DNA from: Candidatus Eiseniibacteriota bacterium
GTDB taxonomy: Bacteria; Eisenbacteria; RBG-16-71-46; SZUA-252
NCBI GenBank assembly: GCA_005893165.1
Contig: VBOR01000056.1
Location: 1 to 47,390, forward strand
Direction: 5' to 3'
Length of the DNA: 47,390 bases
The notes under the pieces are model-generated. The model did no database searches, was not told the DNA's origin, and was given only the letters and a program-made list of their open reading frames with translations. Shown piece by piece: positions 20,261-35,881 of the stretch. Each line of letters starts with the position of its first letter. Positions within the stretch are counted from its first letter, which is position 1. The position numbers were made by a program, and so were the translations under genes.

Positions 20261-23014
20261 ATGAACGATCCCTTCGGCGCGCGGTCGATCCTCTCGGTAG
20301 GAGACCGCCGCTACGAATTGTTCCGCCTCCAGGCGCTCGCGAAGGCGGGACTTCCCGTCGAGCGGCTTCCCTATTCGATCAAGATCCTGCTCGAGAACCT
20401 GCTGCGCACCCTGGACGATCGCGTGGTCACGGCCGGGGACGTCGAGGCGGTGGCACGGTGGGACGCCAAGGCGGAGCCCAGCCGCGAGATCGCCTTCTCG
20501 CCAGGCCGCGTTCTCCTACAGGACTTCACAGGAGTTCCCGCCGTCGTGGACCTGGCGGCCATGCGGGACGCGATGGCCGATCTGGGCGGCGACGCCAAAC
20601 GGATCAATCCGCTGCAGCCCGCGGAGCTGGTCATCGATCACTCCGTCCAGGTGGACGAATATGGATCCAGCGCCGCGCTCCTGATCAATGCCAAGAAGGA
20701 GTTCGAGCGGAATCGCGAGCGCTACCTCTTCCTCCGGTGGGGGCAGCGCGCGTTCCAGAATTTCCGCGTCGTCCCGCCCGCGACCGGGATCGTCCACCAG
20801 GTGAATCTCGAGTTCCTGGCCCGCGTTGTGTTCGCGGGCGCGGGAACGCCGCCGCTGTCCTATCCCGACACGCTCATCGGCACCGATTCCCACACGACGA
20901 TGATCAACGGCCTCGGCGTGCTGGGATGGGGCGTCGGAGGGATCGAGGCCGAGGCCGCGATGCTGGGGCAGCCGGTGTCCATGCTCCTCCCTCAAGTCGT
21001 CGGGTTCCGCATGACGGGGCAGCTGCCCGAGGGATCGACCGCCACGGATCTCGTGCTCACGGTGACGGAGATGCTGCGGAAGAAGGGGGTCGTGGGGCGG
21101 TTCGTCGAGTTCTTCGGCCCGGGACTTCATTCCCTTCCGGTGGCCGACCGGGCCACCATCGCGAACATGTCCCCCGAGTACGGCGCCACGGTCGGGATGT
21201 TCCCGATCGATCCGGAGACGCTGCGCTACCTGGAATTCACGGGACGTCCGCCGGAGCAGGTGCGGCTCATCGAGGCCTACGCCAAGGAGCAGGGGCTCTT
21301 CCGGACGCAGGAGACTCCGGAGGCCGAGTATTCCGACCTCCTCCATCTGGATCTGGCGACCGTGGAGCCTTCGCTTGCGGGTCCGCGGAGACCACAAGAT
21401 CGCGTGCGGCTTCGCGACGCGAAGAAGAACTTCGAGGAGGCGCTCCCCTCGATGCGCGTGACGAAGGGGATCCCGGTCGCGCCCGAAAAGCCGCTCGAGC
21501 GCTGGGAGGGGGAAGGCGGGGACGGCGCCCCGGGACACGCCGCCGCGACGATGCCGCAGGTGACGCTGGCGGGCGAGACGTTCCCGCTCTGCGACGGGGC
21601 GGTCGTGATCGCCGCGATCACCAGCTGCACGAATACCTCGAACCCCTCGGTCATGGTGGGCGCGGGCATCGTGGCCAGGCGCGCGGTGGAGCGCGGGCTC
21701 AAGTCCCGGCCCTGGGTCAAGACGAGCCTCGCCCCCGGATCGAAGGCGGTCACCGGATATCTCCAGCGCGCGGGGCTGACGCCCTTTCTCGAAGCGCTCG
21801 GATTCCATACGGTGGGATACGGCTGCACGACGTGCATCGGGAACAGCGGACCTCTGCCGCCGCCCATCTCGAAGGCGATCGAGCAGGAGGATCTGGTCGT
21901 GGCGTCGGTCCTGAGCGGAAACCGGAACTTCGAGGGCCGCATCCATCCCGAAGTGCGCGCCAACTACCTCGCTTCCCCGCCGCTCGTGGTCGCGTACGCG
22001 CTCCTGGGAAGGATGGACCGGGACATCACGTCCGAGCCCCTGGGCACCGGCAAGGACGGGGCGCCGGTCACCCTTCGCGACCTCTGGCCGACGCAGAAGG
22101 AGATCGACGGCACGATCCGTGACGCGGTCAAGACCGAGACCTTCCGCGAGACGTACCGCGACGTCTACACCGGAGACGAAACCTGGCGGAATCTTCCCGT
22201 TCCGGAGGGGGACCGCTACGCGTGGGAGCCCGACTCCACGTACGTGAAGCGGCCCCCCTATTTCGACGACATGCCCACGAAGCCGGCCCCGGTATCCGAC
22301 GTGCGAGGGGCACGCGTGCTGGCGTACCTCGGGGACAGCGTCACGACCGACCACATCTCCCCCGCAGGCTCGATCAAGAAGGACAGCCCCGCCGGCCGCT
22401 ACCTGATCGAGCACGGCATCCAGCCGCTCGATTTCAACTCGTACGGCAGCCGCCGCGGCAACCATGAGGTCATGGTGCGCGGCACCTTCGCGAACACGCG
22501 CATCCGGAACAAGCTCGTGCCGGGGGTCGAGGGAGGAATCACGGTTCATCTTCCGGACGGAGCGCAGATGCCGATCTACGACGCGGCCATGCGCTATGCG
22601 GGCGAGGGAGTGCCCACCCTCGTCATCGCGGGAAAGGAGTACGGCTCCGGCTCCTCACGCGACTGGGCGGCCAAGGGGCCCAAGCTTCTCGGCGTGCGCG
22701 CGGTGCTCGCGGAGAGCTTCGAGCGCATCCACCGGAGCAATCTGATCGGCATGGGCATCCTGCCGCTCCAGTTCCCCGCGGGACAGAACGGGGAGACCTT
22801 GGGGATCAGCGGCCGCGAGACGTTCGACATCGAGGGCATCCCGAACGCGGCGCGGACGGAACCGGACCGCGCGAAGGAGGTCACCGTGCGGATGGACGGC
22901 ACGCGCAGCTTCAAGGCACTGGTTCGGATCGACACGCCCCAGGAAGCGCGCTACTACGTGAACGGCGGCATCCTTCCCTTCGTCCTGCGCCGGCTGCTCG
23001 GCGCAACGAAGTAG
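20261..23014 (+). CDS. acnA: Aconitate hydratase A
   Basis: [48 protein letters not shown]. Confidence 0.97.
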   Translation: MNDPFGARSILSVGDRRYELFRLQALAKAGLPVERLPYSIKILLENLLRTLDDRVVTAGDVEAVARWDAKAEPSREIAFSPGRVLLQDFTGVPAVVDLAAMRDAMADLGGDAKRINPLQPAELVIDHSVQVDEYGSSAALLINAKKEFERNRERYLFLRWGQRAFQNFRVVPPATGIVHQVNLEFLARVVFAGAGTPPLSYPDTLIGTDSHTTMINGLGVLGWGVGGIEAEAAMLGQPVSMLLPQVVGFRMTGQLPEGSTATDLVLTVTEMLRKKGVVGRFVEFFGPGLHSLPVADRATIANMSPEYGATVGMFPIDPETLRYLEFTGRPPEQVRLIEAYAKEQGLFRTQETPEAEYSDLLHLDLATVEPSLAGPRRPQDRVRLRDAKKNFEEALPSMRVTKGIPVAPEKPLERWEGEGGDGAPGHAAATMPQVTLAGETFPLCDGAVVIAAITSCTNTSNPSVMVGAGIVARRAVERGLKSRPWVKTSLAPGSKAVTGYLQRAGLTPFLEALGFHTVGYGCTTCIGNSGPLPPPISKAIEQEDLVVASVLSGNRNFEGRIHPEVRANYLASPPLVVAYALLGRMDRDITSEPLGTGKDGAPVTLRDLWPTQKEIDGTIRDAVKTETFRETYRDVYTGDETWRNLPVPEGDRYAWEPDSTYVKRPPYFDDMPTKPAPVSDVRGARVLAYLGDSVTTDHISPAGSIKKDSPAGRYLIEHGIQPLDFNSYGSRRGNHEVMVRGTFANTRIRNKLVPGVEGGITVHLPDGAQMPIYDAAMRYAGEGVPTLVIAGKEYGSGSSRDWAAKGPKLLGVRAVLAESFERIHRSNLIGMGILPLQFPAGQNGETLGISGRETFDIEGIPNAARTEPDRAKEVTVRMDGTRSFKALVRIDTPQEARYYVNGGILPFVLRRLLGATK

Positions 23015-23105
23015 CTTTCCCTCCGCGACGAGGCGGGCGTGAACGAGGCGATCGACTTCGGACGGCAGGGTCCCGCGCTCCCGCCTCCGCCGCCGCGCGC
23101 CCGGC

Positions 23106-24012
23106 TCAGGTCCTGATGGCAGCCCGCAACGCGACCTCGAGCTCGGGATAGAGGAACCGGTAGCCGAGCTCCAGAAGGCGCGCCGGCTCCGCGCGCGCGC
23201 TGGAGAGCAGCGCTTCATCCGCCATCGCTCCGAAGATCAGGTGCAGAACGGGAGCCGGAACCGGGAGGATCGCGGGGCGCTTGAGAACGCGACCGAGCGC
23301 GCGCGTGAGCTCGCGGTTCCGTGCGGGTGCCGGCGCGACCGCGTTGACGGGCCCCTCGAGATTCTCCCTCGTGAGCGCGGCCTCGAGGACCTGCACGACA
23401 TCCGCGAGGGCGATCCAGCTCATCCACTGCTTCCCGCTCGCGAGCGGCCCGCCGATCCCCGCCCGGAATACCGGCAGGAGCTTCGCGAGCGCGCCCCCCC
23501 GTGAATCGAGCACGACCCCGAACCTCGTGGTGACGGTGCGGATCCGCGCCTCACGCGCCGCGAGCGCCTCGGCTTCCCACGCCTTGCACAGCTCCGCGAG
23601 GAATCCGGTGCCCGGAGCGCTCCCCTCGAGGAGGATCTCCTCGCCGCGGTTTCCGTAAATCCCCACCGCCGACGCACAGACGAACGCGCGCGGCCGCGGG
23701 TCCCGCTCCATCATCTTCCGCGCCAGAAACCGGGTCGAGGCCACGCGGCTCTCCACGAGACGGCGCTTCCGCTCGCGTGTCCATCGCCCCCCGGAAAGGT
23801 TTTCTCCCGCGAGGTTCACGACGCCTTCGACTCCCGCCAGCGCGCGGGGATCCAGCTCCCCGCGCTCGGGATCCCAGTGGAAGATGGAAGGCGTGCCGTC
23901 CGGCGCCGATGGCCTCCGGCTCAGGACCGATACGCGATGCCCCCGGCCCAGGAGATGACGCGTCAGGGCGTCGCCGATGAATCCCGTCCCCCCCGCGACG
24001 AGAACGTTCAGG

Positions 24013-24016
<4 letters not shown>
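23106..24016 (-). CDS. TIGR01777 family NAD-dependent epimerase/oxidoreductase
   Basis: The frame extends upstream of the listed ORF to [13 protein letters not shown] (Rossmann motif); [29 protein letters not shown]. Start is either CTG 24011 or GTG 24016 with a 1-bp loss. Confidence 0.88.
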
Positions 24017-27277
<3,261 letters not shown>

Positions 27278-27285
<8 letters not shown>

Positions 27286-28434
27286 GGCTAGGGAACGTGT
27301 CCATCAGCTTGATGAACTGGTTGAAGAGATCGTAGCTATCGTGCGGTCCGGGGCTCGCTTCGGGGTGATACTGGACGGAGAGCACCGGAAGGCTGCGGTG
27401 GCGGAAACCCTCCACCGTACCGTCATTCAGGTTGAGATGGGTGAGCTGGTACTCGGGGCGATCGAAGAGCGACGCCTCGACCGCGAATCCGTGGTTCTGG
27501 GACGTGATCGCGACCTGGCCGGTGTCCAGGTTCTTCACCGGATGGTTCGCGCCGTGGTGACCGAACTTGAGCTTGAAGGTCTTCCCGCCGCACGCCAGCC
27601 CCATGATCTGGTGCCCGAGGCAGATCCCGAACGTGGGCCGGACGCGCATCAGCTCGCGCGCCGCCTCGATCGCGTAGGCGCAGGGCTCCGGGTCGCCGGG
27701 ACCGTTCGAGAGGAAGACGCCATCCGGCCGAAGCCCGAGCGCTTCCGTGGCGGAGGTGGTCGCGGGCACGACGGTGACGTTGCATCCTGCCGCCGCGAGC
27801 ATCCGGAGGATGTTCTCCTTCATCCCGAAGTCGTACGCCACGACGTGGAACGGATCGGCCGCAGACCCGGGCTCCCGCCGCGGAGACGCCGTGGCGCCGT
27901 AGCGGTAGGGCTTCGGGCAGGTGACCTCGCGCGCCAGGTCGAGGCCGATCATGCTTCGGGCCCCCCGGGCGCGATCCACCAGCTCGTCGGGGTTCAGGCT
28001 TAGCGCGGAGATCACGCCGCGCTTCGCCCCGTGCACGCGCAGATGGCGCGTGAGGGCCGCGTGTCGATCTCGCTGATCCCGACGACGGCGGCATCGTCCA
28101 GATACCGCTCGAGGCTTCCCGCGGAGCGCCAGGACGAGGCGACCGCCGAGATCTCGCGAACGACGAATCCGGCGACTTGGAGCCGCGAGGATTCCACGTC
28201 CTCGCCGTTCACGCCGTAGTTCCCGATGTGCGGATAGGTCATGGTGACGATCTGACCGGCGTAGGAGGGATCGGTGAGGACTTCCTGGTAGCCGCAGAGG
28301 CCCGTGTTGAAGACCACTTCCCCCTGGGTCTCCCCCACCCTGCCAAAAGAAACGCCCCGGAAGAAAGCACCGTCTTCCAGGGCCAGGATGGCCCTCGGTC
28401 TCCGTTCGGGGATATGAGCGGGGCCGGGGCTCAC
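27278..28434 (-). CDS. carA: Carbamoyl-phosphate synthase small subunit, 1-bp frameshift near 28057
   Basis: [18 protein letters not shown] in one frame; [21 protein letters not shown] in the next. Restoring one G gives IDTRALTRHLR. Confidence 0.93.
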
Positions 28435-28459
28435 GAATATCGATCTTAACACATCGCTC

Positions 28460-30781
28460 TCAGCGGCGCGAGGACTCCGTTTCCAGGGTCCCGGGAGCCT
28501 GCTGCGCCACCTGGCGTGGATCGAACTCGTCCACCTGGATCGCGTCGTCGCGAGCCTTCTCGGCTTCGCGGATCTTCTTGGCGGCGCTCTCGTCGATGAC
28601 CCCCGCCTTCACGGCCCGCTCCACGAGCGTGCCCTCCGGCTCGCGCTCGAGCTTGCGGGCGCGCACGGCGGATTTCAGGCTCTGGAGCGCCGCCGCCGCC
28701 ACCACCGCCTTGTCGAGCGCCGCCTCGAGCCTCCCGAGGCCGGGGTCGTCCGGCGCCGGCACATAGATGTCGCGCGTCAGCCGCAGCCGCTCCTCGCGGT
28801 CGTCGAGGAGCGCCCGGGCCACCGTGGCGGACAGAGCGTCGCTCGGGGGCCTCGTGCGTGCCCCGAGGGGGAAGATCGCCAGGCGCAGCAGTCCCGCCGC
28901 GAACCGGTCGGGCAGATTCTCGAGCACGCCCAGGAGCGCCGATTCCACCTCGTGGAGCGCCTTCTCGCAGCCCCAGCGCAAGAAGGGCAGATCGGCCTCG
29001 GGCTTCCCGTCGTCCCAGAATTTCTTCACGGTGGCGGAGCCCAGGTAGAGCCACGCCAGCGCGTCCGCCAGCCGTCCGCTGATCTTCTCGCGGCGCTTGA
29101 GCTGCCCTCCCAGGGTCGCCATGGCGCCGTCGGAGGCCAGCGCGAAGGCCGTGCTCAGGCGCGTGAGCCTCGCGAGGTACGTCCCCGCCGGCCCTTCGAC
29201 TCCGGTCCGCACGAATGCCGAGCCGGTGAGCGCGTGTCCGAACGCGCGGAGCGCGTTCGAGACCATGAAGCCCAGATGCGCGAAGAACGCGCGGTCGAAT
29301 TTCTCGAGGTCGCGCGAAGCGACCGCTTCCATCTCCGTCCGGACGTAGGGGTGGCAGCGGATCGCGCCCTGGCCGAAGATGATGAGGGTGCGCGTCAGAA
29401 TGTTCGCGCCCTCGACCGTGATCCCGATCGGCACCGCCGTGTAGGCGTGCGCCAGAACGTTCCGCGGTCCCTTCGAGATTCCCGCGCCCGCCTGGACGTC
29501 CATGGCGGCATTCACCACCGTCCGCATCCCCTCGGTGAGGTACGCCTTCATGATCGCGGAGATCACGGCCGGCTTCTCCCCGGCGTCCACGGCCCCCGCC
29601 GTCAGCACGCGCGCCCCAGACATGACGTAGGTCATGCCGCCGATCTTCGCGAGCGGCTCCTCGATCCCCTCGAAGCGCCCGATGGGAAGATCGAACTGCT
29701 CGCGCACGGTCCCGTACGCGCCCGCCACGCGCGCGCAGAGCTGCGCGGCGCCGGTGGCCAGGCCCGGAAGGGAGATCCCACGCCCCGCGGCGAGGTTGGC
29801 CATGAGCATCTGCCAGCCCTGCCCCACCCGCGCCCTCCCGCCGATGATGGCGTCCAGCGGCACGAAGACGTCGCGTCCGTAGATAGGGCCGTTGAGAAAG
29901 GGCACCCCCAGAGGATCGTGCCGCTTGCCGATCTCGATCCCGGGAAGGTGGGGCGGGATGAGCGCGAGCGTGATGCCGAGATCTTCCTTGTCGCCCAGGA
30001 GGTGGTCGGGATCGTAGAGGCGGAACGCGAGCCCGATGAGGGTCGTCACCGGCGCGAGCGTGATGTAGCGCTTCCGGAACTGGAGCTTCATGCCCAGGAC
30101 GTCCTTGCCCTGGTAGGTGCCGTGGCAGACGACGCCGCGGCTCTTCGTGGAAGCGGCGTCGCTTCCCGCTTCGGGCCCGGTGAGCGCGAAGCACGGAATC
30201 TCTTCCGCGGTCGCGAGCCGAGGGAGGTAGTGGCGCTTCTGCTCCTCCGTGCCGTAGTGGAGGAGAAGCTCCGCGGGACCGAGCGAATTCGGAACCATCA
30301 CCGTGACCGCGGCAGCCACGCTCCGGCTCGAGAGCTTGGTCACGACCGCCGAGTTGGCGAGGGCGGAGAATCCCAGCCCGCCGTACTCCTCCGGAATGAT
30401 CATCCCGAAGAACCGGTTCTCCTTGATGAACCGCCATGCCTCGGGCGAGAGATCGCCGTCCCGCTCCACCTTCCACTCCTCGACCATCCCGCACAGCTCT
30501 TCCACGGGGCCGTCGAGAAACGCGCGCTCGCGCGGGCTCAGGGGCTTGCGCTGGAACTCGAGGAGCTTCTTCCATCGGGGCCGGCCCGAGAAGAGCTCGC
30601 CATCCCACCAGACCGTGCCCGCCTCGAGCGCGATGCGCTCCGTATCCCCCATGCGCGGGAGCGCCCGTTCCATGGCACTCATGATGAACGGCGTGAGGAG
30701 CCGGCGCCGCACGGCCGGGATTGCGAGGATCGCGAGCACAGCCGCGACGGCGAGGATCAACACGACCGCAAGGATGGACAT
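28460..30781 (-). CDS. fadE: Long FadE-type acyl-CoA dehydrogenase
   Basis: [45 protein letters not shown]; AGGAG RBS. Confidence 0.92.
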   Translation of the reverse strand: MSILAVVLILAVAAVLAILAIPAVRRRLLTPFIMSAMERALPRMGDTERIALEAGTVWWDGELFSGRPRWKKLLEFQRKPLSPRERAFLDGPVEELCGMVEEWKVERDGDLSPEAWRFIKENRFFGMIIPEEYGGLGFSALANSAVVTKLSSRSVAAAVTVMVPNSLGPAELLLHYGTEEQKRHYLPRLATAEEIPCFALTGPEAGSDAASTKSRGVVCHGTYQGKDVLGMKLQFRKRYITLAPVTTLIGLAFRLYDPDHLLGDKEDLGITLALIPPHLPGIEIGKRHDPLGVPFLNGPIYGRDVFVPLDAIIGGRARVGQGWQMLMANLAAGRGISLPGLATGAAQLCARVAGAYGTVREQFDLPIGRFEGIEEPLAKIGGMTYVMSGARVLTAGAVDAGEKPAVISAIMKAYLTEGMRTVVNAAMDVQAGAGISKGPRNVLAHAYTAVPIGITVEGANILTRTLIIFGQGAIRCHPYVRTEMEAVASRDLEKFDRAFFAHLGFMVSNALRAFGHALTGSAFVRTGVEGPAGTYLARLTRLSTAFALASDGAMATLGGQLKRREKISGRLADALAWLYLGSATVKKFWDDGKPEADLPFLRWGCEKALHEVESALLGVLENLPDRFAAGLLRLAIFPLGARTRPPSDALSATVARALLDDREERLRLTRDIYVPAPDDPGLGRLEAALDKAVVAAAALQSLKSAVRARKLEREPEGTLVERAVKAGVIDESAAKKIREAEKARDDAIQVDEFDPRQVAQQAPGTLETESSRR

Positions 30782-30856
30782 TTCACGAGACTCCTGAGTG
30801 GCGCACGCGCTGGGGCCAGGGACCCTGGATTCAGGACAAGGATAACCTAAACGCGG

Positions 30857-31585
30857 TCAGGACTTGCGGCCGCGGATGGTCGCAGCCATCCCGCCCAGGT
30901 GTTCCTCGACGGAAATATCGGCAAAACCGGCCGCGTTCATCACCGCGGCCAGAACGCGCTGCCCCGGGTAGGCCCGCAGCGATTCCACGATGTGGTGGTA
31001 GGTGCCGGGGCGGCCGTGGAGGGCGAGTCCCCAGAAGGAGCCGGCGAGGAAGAGATACCCCATGCCGAGCGACCGGTAGGACGCGGATTCCGGAAGTCCG
31101 AAGTCGAGGCTCAGGAATTGCCCCCGCGGGCGGAGGATGCGGAGGACGCGATCGAGGAACGAGGGCAAGTCGGGCGGATAGCGGAGCCCGTAGCCCATCG
31201 TGACCGTGTCGAAGGAATCGGAGGCGAAGGGGAGGCGGCCCAGGTCACCTCGCAGGAAGGTCACCCCGTTCATGCCCGAGCACTTGATTCGGGCGCGGAC
31301 GAGCATGTCCCGGCTCCGGTCCAGTCCGACGATCGGCCCTCGATGTCCGAGGCGACGGAGCAGCATCGGAAGCGCCGCGGTGCCGGTCGCGAGGTCGAGG
31401 ACGCGGGTGTGCTCCCCCGCGCGAAGCGCTTCCTGGGCGAGCCGTGATTTCCACCGGCCGTCCTGGCCGAACGAAAGCGCACGCGTCAGAACGTCGTAGC
31501 GCGGGGCGACGCGGTGGAAGATGGATTCGGCGTAGCGCGCCCGCTCGGTCGCGTCCTCGGGCCATCGCTTGATCCAGGGCGTCAC
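30857..31585 (-). CDS. UbiE/MenG-like class I SAM-dependent methyltransferase
   Basis: FHRVAPRYD..LSFGQDGRWK, VLDLATGT, LPFASDSFD. Confidence 0.85.
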   Translation of the reverse strand: MTPWIKRWPEDATERARYAESIFHRVAPRYDVLTRALSFGQDGRWKSRLAQEALRAGEHTRVLDLATGTAALPMLLRRLGHRGPIVGLDRSRDMLVRARIKCSGMNGVTFLRGDLGRLPFASDSFDTVTMGYGLRYPPDLPSFLDRVLRILRPRGQFLSLDFGLPESASYRSLGMGYLFLAGSFWGLALHGRPGTYHHIVESLRAYPGQRVLAAVMNAAGFADISVEEHLGGMAATIRGRKS

Positions 31586-31681
31586 GCCCCGATCTTACGT
31601 CAGATGGCGAACCAGTGCGTGCGGGCCGCGCGTCATTCGCGCTTGCACGGCGCGCCCGTCGCTTCTACGCTACGCCGCCGG

Positions 31682-32002
31682 ATGGACAAGCATGAGAAAG
31701 GCATCGAGGTCGATCCCCTTCGCCCGGACCTCCCGCTCCCCAAGTGGGACGGTAGGTATCGCGGCGACCCGAAGCGACTCCCCAAGGTCGTGCAGAAGCT
31801 CATGCTTCGGCGGCCGCTCACGCCGGAGGAGAAGGCCGAGCTCTTGTGGCGCTTCTACGAGCTGCAGCAAGGCGCCCGCGCCCGGATGATCCTGGTCCTC
31901 GTGCTGACGATCGTGTTCCTGCTCTGCCTCGTGGGGATTGGCGGGTATCTCATCTACACGCATCAGCTCCCCTTCCTGACCGCGATGGCGCGTCCCCGGT
32001 AG
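31682..32002 (+). CDS. Hypothetical protein with a C-terminal transmembrane helix
   Basis: Preceded by TTGCAC-17-TACGCT; single hydrophobic segment; codon usage similar to neighbours. Confidence 0.65.
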   Translation: MDKHEKGIEVDPLRPDLPLPKWDGRYRGDPKRLPKVVQKLMLRRPLTPEEKAELLWRFYELQQGARARMILVLVLTIVFLLCLVGIGGYLIYTHQLPFLTAMARPR

Positions 32003-32075
32003 CTTGACCGCCCCGCGCACTTCGTCCTGGCTCGCCCGTTCCAACGCTTCATCACCCGAACCCCGGAGAACCATC

Positions 32076-32675
32076 ATGCGATCACGTGCCTTCTTCGCTT
32101 CTCTCCTTCTGTGCTGCTTTCACGCGGCCGCCCTCGCGTCCGCGTCCCCGGTTCCCTTGAAGCCGTTCCAGATCGGATTCGGTGGGGGCGCCAGCATTCC
32201 GGTCTCCGATACCAAGGACGCGTTCAAGTCGGGCTGGCACGGCTCCGGCATCGTGCGGCTCAACCTCCCGATGATGCCGTTCGGTTTGCAGGGGAATTTC
32301 TCGTACAACCATTTCTCGCTGGACCAGCAGAACGTGGGCTTCGCCGGCAGCGGACGGATTCTCTCGGGTATCGCGGACGCGCGGTTCGGCCTGCCGATTC
32401 CGGGTCCGATCAAGCCGTATCTGCTCGCAGGGATCGGGACCTACAACATCAAGGCGAATCCCGACCAGTCCGGCGCACCCGCGAGCAACTCGACGACCAA
32501 ATTCGGGATCAACGGGGGCGGCGGCGTGAACATCGATGTTCCCGGCCTCCCGGTGCACGCCTTCCTCGAGGGGAAGATCGAGAACATCTATACCGATCAG
32601 GGCCTGAACAGCGCGGTCGTGAAGGACTTCAAGACCCGGATCATCCCCGTGACGTTCGGGATCTTCCTCTTCTAG
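32076..32675 (+). CDS. Outer-membrane beta-barrel protein (OmpA-like transmembrane domain)
   Basis: Signal peptide, KPYLLAGIGTY, KFGINGGGG, C-terminal PVTFGIFLF; GGAG RBS. Confidence 0.82.
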   Translation: MRSRAFFASLLLCCFHAAALASASPVPLKPFQIGFGGGASIPVSDTKDAFKSGWHGSGIVRLNLPMMPFGLQGNFSYNHFSLDQQNVGFAGSGRILSGIADARFGLPIPGPIKPYLLAGIGTYNIKANPDQSGAPASNSTTKFGINGGGGVNIDVPGLPVHAFLEGKIENIYTDQGLNSAVVKDFKTRIIPVTFGIFLF

Positions 32676-32703
32676 CGTCGCCCGGATTCCTGACGGAGAC
32701 CCC

Positions 32704-33153
32704 ATGGGCGGCAGCATCACAACGACGGTGCGCGAGATGACGCTTGCCGATGCGGATCGCGTCGCGGTCCTGGCGGGCGAGTTGGGGTATCCCTCCACGC
32801 GCGCGCAGATCGAGGCCCGGTTCCGCGAGATCGAGGGGAGCTACGACTCGAAGGTGATCGTGGCCGTGGATGATGAGGGCCAAGTCGTGGGCTGGGTCCA
32901 TCTCTTCTGCCTGCCCCTCATCGTATCCGGAACCTACGTCGAGGTGGGCGGACTCGTGGTGGACTCGCGCGTTCGGGGCCGTGGGATCGGCCGTTCCCTC
33001 ATGGCGGCCGCGGAAGCATGGACGCTCCAGCGGGGTTTCAAGCAATTGATGCTCCGGTCCAATACCATCCGGACCGAGGCGCATCAGTTCTACAAGGACC
33101 TGGGCTACACCATCGTGAAGTCGCAGCACAAATTCCAGAAGCTTCTCGGTTGA
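32704..33153 (+). CDS. GNAT family N-acetyltransferase
   Basis: LVVDSRVRGRGIGRSL and AHQFYKDLGY. Confidence 0.92.
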   Translation: MGGSITTTVREMTLADADRVAVLAGELGYPSTRAQIEARFREIEGSYDSKVIVAVDDEGQVVGWVHLFCLPLIVSGTYVEVGGLVVDSRVRGRGIGRSLMAAAEAWTLQRGFKQLMLRSNTIRTEAHQFYKDLGYTIVKSQHKFQKLLG

Positions 33154-33164
33154 GAGGAGGCTCC

Positions 33165-35267
33165 GTGCTATCGAGATTCCCCGATTCACGTCCCTTTGCG
33201 ATCGCGCTCTCGTTGGCCATCCTCCTCTCGGCCCCGGCCCAGGCTGCCTCGCCCGCCAAGGCCAAGACCGGCGCGAAGCCCGCCGCGAAGGCAGCCGCGC
33301 CCGCCAAGAGCGCCGCGAAGGCGGCCGCCACGGCTCCCTTCTTCACCGGCCGGCCGGGGGCACAGGCATACCGCGCCGCCTCCTCGATGGAACTCCGAGA
33401 GGCACAGCAAGCGATCGCACGCATGCTCGCAGTCAAGGGAACCCGGACGATCGCGAACACCGTGATGGCCTTCAACGAAGCGATGACCCATGGCGAGAAC
33501 GTCGCCTACCAGTCCCATCTCCTCGAGGCGGTCCATCCCGATTCCTCCTTCCGCTCCACCGCCGAATCGATCTCACAGAGCGCGAACAAGTTCCTGGACG
33601 ATCTGAGCCTTCGCCGGGACGTGTACGATGCCCTCGTCAGCGTGGACGTATCGAAGGCGGATCCCGCGACCCAGTACTTCATGATGAGGACGCTCCGGGA
33701 TTTCCGCCGTGCGGGCGTGGACAAGGACAAAGCGACCCGGAAGGAGATCGCCGGCATCTATGAGGAGCTGGTGAAGACGAGCCAGGATTTCGACCGGAAC
33801 ATCCGGACCGACTCACGTAAGATCCAGGTCGCTCCCGCGGACCTCGAGGGGCTCCCCGAGGACTACGTCCGCGCTCACGCGCCCGGCCCCGACGGGTCGA
33901 TCACCCTCAGCATCGAGACCCCCGACTACATTCCCGTGATCCGCTACGCCAAGAGCGCGGACCTCCGGAAGAAGATCATGCACGAAGCGATGAACCGCGC
34001 CTACCCGCCGAACCTCGCGGTGCTCGATTCTCTCCTGGCGAAGCGCTATCGCGTGGCGCGCATCCTGGGCTACCCGACCTGGGCCGACTACATCACGGAA
34101 GACAAGATGATCGGCACGGCCCAGAACGCCGCCGATTTCATCACGCGCCTGAACCAGACGACCCTGAAGCGCGCGCAGGAGGAATACGCCGTCTATCTCA
34201 AGCGAAAGCAGGAGGACGATCCCTCCGCCACGCAGGTGAACCGGTGGGAGATCTCCTACTACGGCCGGCTCATCCGGAAACGTGATTTCGATTTCGATCC
34301 GCAGGAAGTGAGGCCCTACTTCGCGTTCGACAATGTGAAGCAGGGCGTGCTGGACGTGACCTCCAGGATGTTCGGGGTCACCTACAAGCGGATCCCGAAC
34401 GCGCCCGTCTGGGATGCGTCGGTCGAAGCGTACGAGGTGTACGAAGGCCCGAGGCTCCTCGGCCGGTTCTACTTCGATCTCCATCCGCGGCCGGGAAAAT
34501 TCAACCACGCCGCGAAGTTCACGATCCGCCAGGGTGCCCGGGGGCTCCAGCTTCCGGAGCACGCGCTCGTCTGCAATTTCCCGGGCGGGAAGCCGGGGGA
34601 TCCGGGACTGATGGAGCACTCCGACGTCCAGACCTTCTTCCACGAGTTCGGGCACCTGCTCCACGCGATCTTCGGCGGTCAGGGGCAGTGGGAGCCGGTG
34701 GCGGGCACGGCGACGGAACGCGATTTCGTCGAGGCCCCTTCCCAGATGCTCGAGGAGTGGGTGTGGGATCCGAAGGTGCTCCAGACCTTCGCCAAGCATT
34801 ACAAGACGGGTCACCCGATTCCGGTGGAGCTGGTCCAGAAGATGCGCCGCGCGGATGCATTCGGTCGCGCGCTCCAGACGGCGACGCAGGCGTTCTACTC
34901 CGCGGTCTCCCTGAACATCTACAACAAGCCGCCCGACCATGTCGTGACGGATACCATCGTCGCCGATCTGGAGCCGCGCTTCACACCGGTGCCGCCGATG
35001 CCGGACGCGCACATGCAAACCTCGTTCGGGCATCTCGACGGGTATTCGGCAGTCTATTACACCTACATGTGGTCGCTCGTGATCTCGAAGGACATGTTCA
35101 GCGCCTTCGACAAGTCGGATCTCCTGAGCCCCACGGTCGCGACGCGATACCGCGACATCGTCCTGGCTCCGGGCGGGACGCGCCCCGCGAAGGACATCGT
35201 GCACGATTTTCTCGGACGGGATTACGACTTCAGGCAGTTCGACGCGTGGCTCGCGGGTCAGAACTAG
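33165..35267 (+). CDS. Exported M3A (thimet/oligopeptidase A-like) zinc peptidase, copy 1
   Basis: GAGGAGG RBS + GTG 33165, signal peptide with Ala/Lys linker, FHEFGH, DFVEAPSQMLEEW, GYSAVYYTYMWS. Confidence 0.93.
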   Translation: MLSRFPDSRPFAIALSLAILLSAPAQAASPAKAKTGAKPAAKAAAPAKSAAKAAATAPFFTGRPGAQAYRAASSMELREAQQAIARMLAVKGTRTIANTVMAFNEAMTHGENVAYQSHLLEAVHPDSSFRSTAESISQSANKFLDDLSLRRDVYDALVSVDVSKADPATQYFMMRTLRDFRRAGVDKDKATRKEIAGIYEELVKTSQDFDRNIRTDSRKIQVAPADLEGLPEDYVRAHAPGPDGSITLSIETPDYIPVIRYAKSADLRKKIMHEAMNRAYPPNLAVLDSLLAKRYRVARILGYPTWADYITEDKMIGTAQNAADFITRLNQTTLKRAQEEYAVYLKRKQEDDPSATQVNRWEISYYGRLIRKRDFDFDPQEVRPYFAFDNVKQGVLDVTSRMFGVTYKRIPNAPVWDASVEAYEVYEGPRLLGRFYFDLHPRPGKFNHAAKFTIRQGARGLQLPEHALVCNFPGGKPGDPGLMEHSDVQTFFHEFGHLLHAIFGGQGQWEPVAGTATERDFVEAPSQMLEEWVWDPKVLQTFAKHYKTGHPIPVELVQKMRRADAFGRALQTATQAFYSAVSLNIYNKPPDHVVTDTIVADLEPRFTPVPPMPDAHMQTSFGHLDGYSAVYYTYMWSLVISKDMFSAFDKSDLLSPTVATRYRDIVLAPGGTRPAKDIVHDFLGRDYDFRQFDAWLAGQN

Positions 35268-35274
35268 CTTCGTT

Positions 35275-35825
35275 TCACCGCATCAGCTGCTCGACGTGCC
35301 CCACGCCCCGGTGGGAGGACATGTACACCTGCTCGTCGGTGTAGCCGTCACCCTTCACCGCGAACACGTCCCCGCTCCGCGACATCACGACCACGCGGTG
35401 CGACCGCGGAAGTTGTGCGCCCGGAACCGGTCGGTGAGGTTCGTGTAGTGCTCGATCGCCCCGAGGGTGACCGCGTAGGGAATGCGAGCGACTCCCAGAC
35501 CGTCGCACCACCAGAGCGGCACGCGCGCTGAATCCGATCCCATCTCCTGATTCCGCTCGATTGCTCGAGCGATGAGGATCTCGCGCGGCGGGTACGTGGC
35601 TTCGGCAATGCTCAGGAGCTTGAGCTCCGTCGGACCTTCGTACCGGCGATGGATCGCCAGCGTGAAGTCCCCTTCGTCTTCGACACGGTCCATGGGCCGA
35701 TCGGCAACCGCCTGCTTGGGATCGATGAAGTAGCCGGAAGGAACCGTGGCGCTTCCCTGGCTTGCGAGCGAGAGCGCGAAGAGCGCACCGGGCAGGATCG
35801 ACACAGCCCGCCGCAACAGGGTCAT
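35275..35825 (-). CDS. Exported hypothetical protein, frame broken near 35403
   Basis: Signal peptide MTLLRRAVSILPGALFALSLASQGSA; a protein-like tail (HRVVVMSRSGDVFAVKGDG) continues in another frame to 35275. Confidence 0.55.
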
Positions 35826-35881
35826 CGGGCGCTCCGGGAGGGTCTGCCTCCGCGCTCACTCACCATCGCGACCCTCCGCAC

